Positions 60,678-64,000 of a stretch of 64,000 nt of DNA are shown here, piece by piece. Location of the stretch: contig MU055609.1 in the NCBI GenBank assembly GCA_013239625.1, forward strand, positions 14,954,375-15,018,374, read 5' to 3'. The notes under the pieces were generated by a model that made no database searches, was not told the origin of the DNA, and saw only the letters and a list, made by a program, of their open reading frames with translations. The translations under genes were made by a program, and so were the position numbers. The number at the start of each line of letters is the position of its first letter. Positions within the stretch are counted from its first letter, which is position 1. The DNA comes from Lama guanicoe. Lineage: Eukaryota.

Positions 60678-61214
60678 CACCAATTAATTTCTGACAAAGG
60701 TCCCAGAATCATTCAATAATCTTTTCAACAAATGTTGCTGCAACTGGATATTTGAATGGAAAAATATGAACCTCTACCTCTCACATTATAAACAAAAGTT
60801 AACTCAAAATGGATCATAGGCCTAAACATTAAAGTTAAAATTATAAAACTTCTACAAAAAAATATAGGAAAACATCTTCACAACTTTATGGTAAGCAGCA
60901 ATTTCTTAGAACACAAAAAGCACTAACTAACCCTAAAATAAAATTAACAAGATAAATTGGATTGCCTCAAAATTTCTTCTCTTTGAAAGATACCATTATT
61001 ACTTAGAATAAGATGATGACTTAATAAGACAAAGTAAAAATGGGCTAAAGATTTAAACGGACGTGTCACAAAAAAAGAGAAACAAATTGCCAATCAGCAC
61101 ATGGGAAGATATGTATCACCATAATTCATCAGGAAGCTGCACACATTGGAACAGCTAAAATTAAAGACTAGCCGTATCAAGTGTTGGTGGGCCTGCGGAG
61201 CATCGTTCTTGACG

Positions 61215-61369
61215 TTTTCTTTTCTTTCCTTTTTTTTTTAAATTTTTGGTGAAGAGGGGAGGTAATTAGATTAATTAATTAATTTATTTTAATGGAGGTA
61301 CTGGGGATTGAACCCAGGATCTCGTGCATGCTAAGTATGCGCTCTACCACTGAGCTATACCTTTCCCCC
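61215..61369 (-). mobile_element. vic-1-type SINE
   Basis: ggaggtactggggattgaacccagg...gcgctctaccactgagctatacc with T-rich tail. Confidence 0.88.
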
Positions 61370-62569
61370 TGGAACAGCATTCTAGATGGAAACAGAAACT
61401 GGTATAATCACTATGGGAAACAGTTTGGCAATTTCTTGTAAATTTCTTATACACTTACCCCAAGACCCAGCAATTCCACTTTCAGCTGTTTATCAGGAAA
61501 GATGAAGTGTCCACTGAAAGACAAAAATGCTCATGGCAGCCTTATTTATAATAGCTCCAACTTGGAAGCAGGACAGATGTCTAATGTATTTGTCAGGGGT
61601 CAATCAAAACAAAGAAACCACACAGTAATTAGAACAAAGAAACCTTAAGGTTAAAAATTATTAATGCTACCAGTGTAGAGAGAAATGTACAGAATATTCT
61701 AAAGCTGAGGGAGTGTCCGAGGAAGGAACAAATTTGAAGGGAGACCTTTCCATCAAGCCAGGACTCAAACCTTGTTGAAGAGCGTGTAATTTGATGTGAG
61801 GTGTGCTGGGAGCCCAGGCCAGGCCTGGTCCACAGACTTCAGGTCAGCAGGAAGCATCCCTCTGGGGTACTGGCAGCAGAGGCTGGCAGGGAGTGCCCTG
61901 GGCGAGTCCTAGGACTTCAGGCTGAGCCGTGAAGGCCTAGGACACATGTGCCCATGTCTGGAGGGCCACTGGAAACACCCTTCCAGGGAGCTGGTGGGTG
62001 GAGGCTGGCAGGTAGGTGCACAAGGGAGTCAGAGGGTGGTGCCCAAGGGGCACAGAGCCTACAATGGGAGGGATCTAGCAAGGTGGGAGCAGGGCTAAGC
62101 CTGAGGCTGTGAACTCACAGGCATCACATGCCCTGGACACACAGTTGGGACAGAATATTAATGGATATCCCCATGCAAGTGCCTCTGGCAGCAGGACAAT
62201 TGAAGGAAGAGAAGCAAACGTAAGAACCCTGGACCCAGGAAATGTTTCTTCCTCCTGCCATGTCCCTCCAGCACCACCTACTGACATAGCTCTATATTGT
62301 TGTCACTACAAAGGAGAACCGTATAAAGGGGCTATCCAACTATCGCAGAGCAGGTAATGAAGGGTAGATTTGGAGTTGAGAGGCAATAAACTGATAATTG
62401 TTATATCCAGCAATAGGTGCAATGGGAAAGCAATTTGTGGCAGATTAATGTAATGCTCATCAGCACTAAATAGAATGAACTACCGATAAATGGACAGCAC
62501 AGATGGATGGCAAAAACAGCACACTGAATGAAAGAAAGCAGACGCAAAAGAGTAAAGACTGTTATGTGA

Positions 62570-63550
62570 CAGCTCATACAACTCAGTAACAAAAAAAAAA
62601 CCCAGTCAAAAAATGGGCAGAAGACCTAAACAGACATTTCTCCAATGAAGACATACAGATGGCTAACAGACATATGAACAGATGCTCAATATCGCTAATT
62701 ATCAGAGAAATGCAAACCAAAACTACAATGAGGTATCACCTCACATCGGTCAGAATAGCCATCATTAAAAAGTCCACAAATGATAAATGCTGGAAAGGAT
62801 GTGGAGAAAAGGGAACCCTCCTACACTGTTGGTGGGAATGTAGTTTGGTGCAGTGATTATAGAACACAATATGGAGATTCTTTAAAAAATTAAAAATAGA
62901 ATTACCATATGATTCAGCAATCCCACTCCTGTGCATATATCTGGAGAAAACTCTAATTCGAAANNNNNNNNNNNNNNNNNNNNNNNNNNNNNNNNNNNNN
63001 NNNNNNNNNNNNNNNNNNNNNNNNNNNNNNNNNNNNNNNNNNNNNNNNNNNNNNNNNNNNNNNNNNNNNNNNNNNNNNNNNNNNNNNNNNNNNNNNNNNN
63101 NNNNNNNNNNNNNNNNNNNNNNNNNNNNAAAAATGATAAAGCAATGTTATTTGCAGCAACATGGATGGACCTGGAGATGGTCATACTAAGTGAAGTAAGT
63201 CAGATAAAGGCAAATATCACAAGATAACACTTATATGTGGAATCTACAAAAATGAAACAAATGAACTTATTTATGAAACAGTAACAGACTCACAGACATA
63301 GAAAACAAACTTATGGTTACCAAAGGCGAAAGGCAGCAGGGAGAGATAAATTAGGAGTTTGGGATTAGCAGATACAAACTGCTATATACAAAATAGATAA
63401 ACAACAAGGTCCTACTGTAGAGCACAGGGAATTATATTCAATATCTTGTAGTAACCTATAATGAAAAAGAGTATGTATGTATAACTGAATCACTATGTTG
63501 TATACTAGAAACTAACACAACATTGTAAATCAACTATACTTCAATTTAAA
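62570..63550 (+). mobile_element. 5'-truncated L1 with TSD (spans an assembly gap)
   Basis: ORF2 C-terminus ([15 protein letters not shown]...HCWWEC) and L1 3'UTR; TSD AAAGACTGTTAT(G/A)TGA at 62554-62569 and 63551-63566. Confidence 0.92.
62964..63128. other. Assembly gap (inside L1)
   Basis: Run of N. Confidence 1.
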
Positions 63551-64000
63551 AAAGACTGTTATATGAAATTCTAGACCACATGAAAGTCATCTATAGGGAA
63601 AAAATGTCAATCAGTGTTGCCTGAGGATTTGGGATGTGTGGTATTGACTGCAAAGGATCACAGAGGAATTTGGGGATATGATAGAAATATTCTTTATCTG
63701 GATTGTGGCAGTGGTTACATAGCTGTGTGTATTTACTAAAATGCATCAAACTGTACCCTTAAAATGGATACATTTTATTTTATGTAAATTGTGTCTCAGC
63801 AATGTCTATCTTAATATCACCTGTAAATCGGATACTTACAGCTGTGTAGGATCTAGACTACCACTGCCTTCCAAACCCTGCTGCCCTGTAAGTTCCACTT
63901 GAGATAAATCACAGCTTTGATCTGAACACTGGAAACCTCCCCTTTCCTGCAGGAGCTGGATTCTCATAGAGGGAAAGTCTCAGTGGGCATAGAGGATTAT

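Larger units (their letters stand above)
58760..61580 (+). mobile_element. Old L1 ORF2 3' remnants interrupted by MaLR, L1 and SINE insertions
   Basis: atcagagaaatgcaaattaa...atgagatatca; catggattgaaac...aatattgttaagatgtcaattct; aactcaaaatggatcataggcctaaa. Confidence 0.65.

Overview
Mammalian genomic DNA, very likely a camelid (five vic-1-type tRNA-derived SINEs). The window holds one complete gene on the + strand, RIMS3 (regulating synaptic membrane exocytosis 3 / RIM3gamma). It has a CpG-island promoter and non-coding exon 1 (~12.1-12.4 kb) and a probable non-coding exon 2 (27838-28016). Six coding exons (33466-45827) splice in phase into an intact 927-nt, 308-aa ORF with a C-terminal C2B domain. 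A ~5.8-kb 3'UTR ends near ATTAAA at 51607. Downstream (52.4-64 kb) is a nest of retroelements: old L1, younger 5'-truncated L1s with TSDs, MaLR, SINEs and an internally deleted 2-LTR class III-like provirus with a tRNA-Arg PBS. There are three assembly gaps. I see no second host protein-coding gene; nearly all other ORFs in the track are GC-rich shadows or repeat-derived. The best leads are: a near-perfect REST/RE1 site in an intronic CpG island; a junction-spanning strong-Kozak uORF; the mosaic ERV, whose 3' LTR has CRE+CCAAT+TATA pointing antisense at RIMS3; an L1 3' transduction tag; and three independent L1 insertions sharing the same 5' endpoint. Repeat family names and human-sequence comparisons are from memory and need database confirmation.
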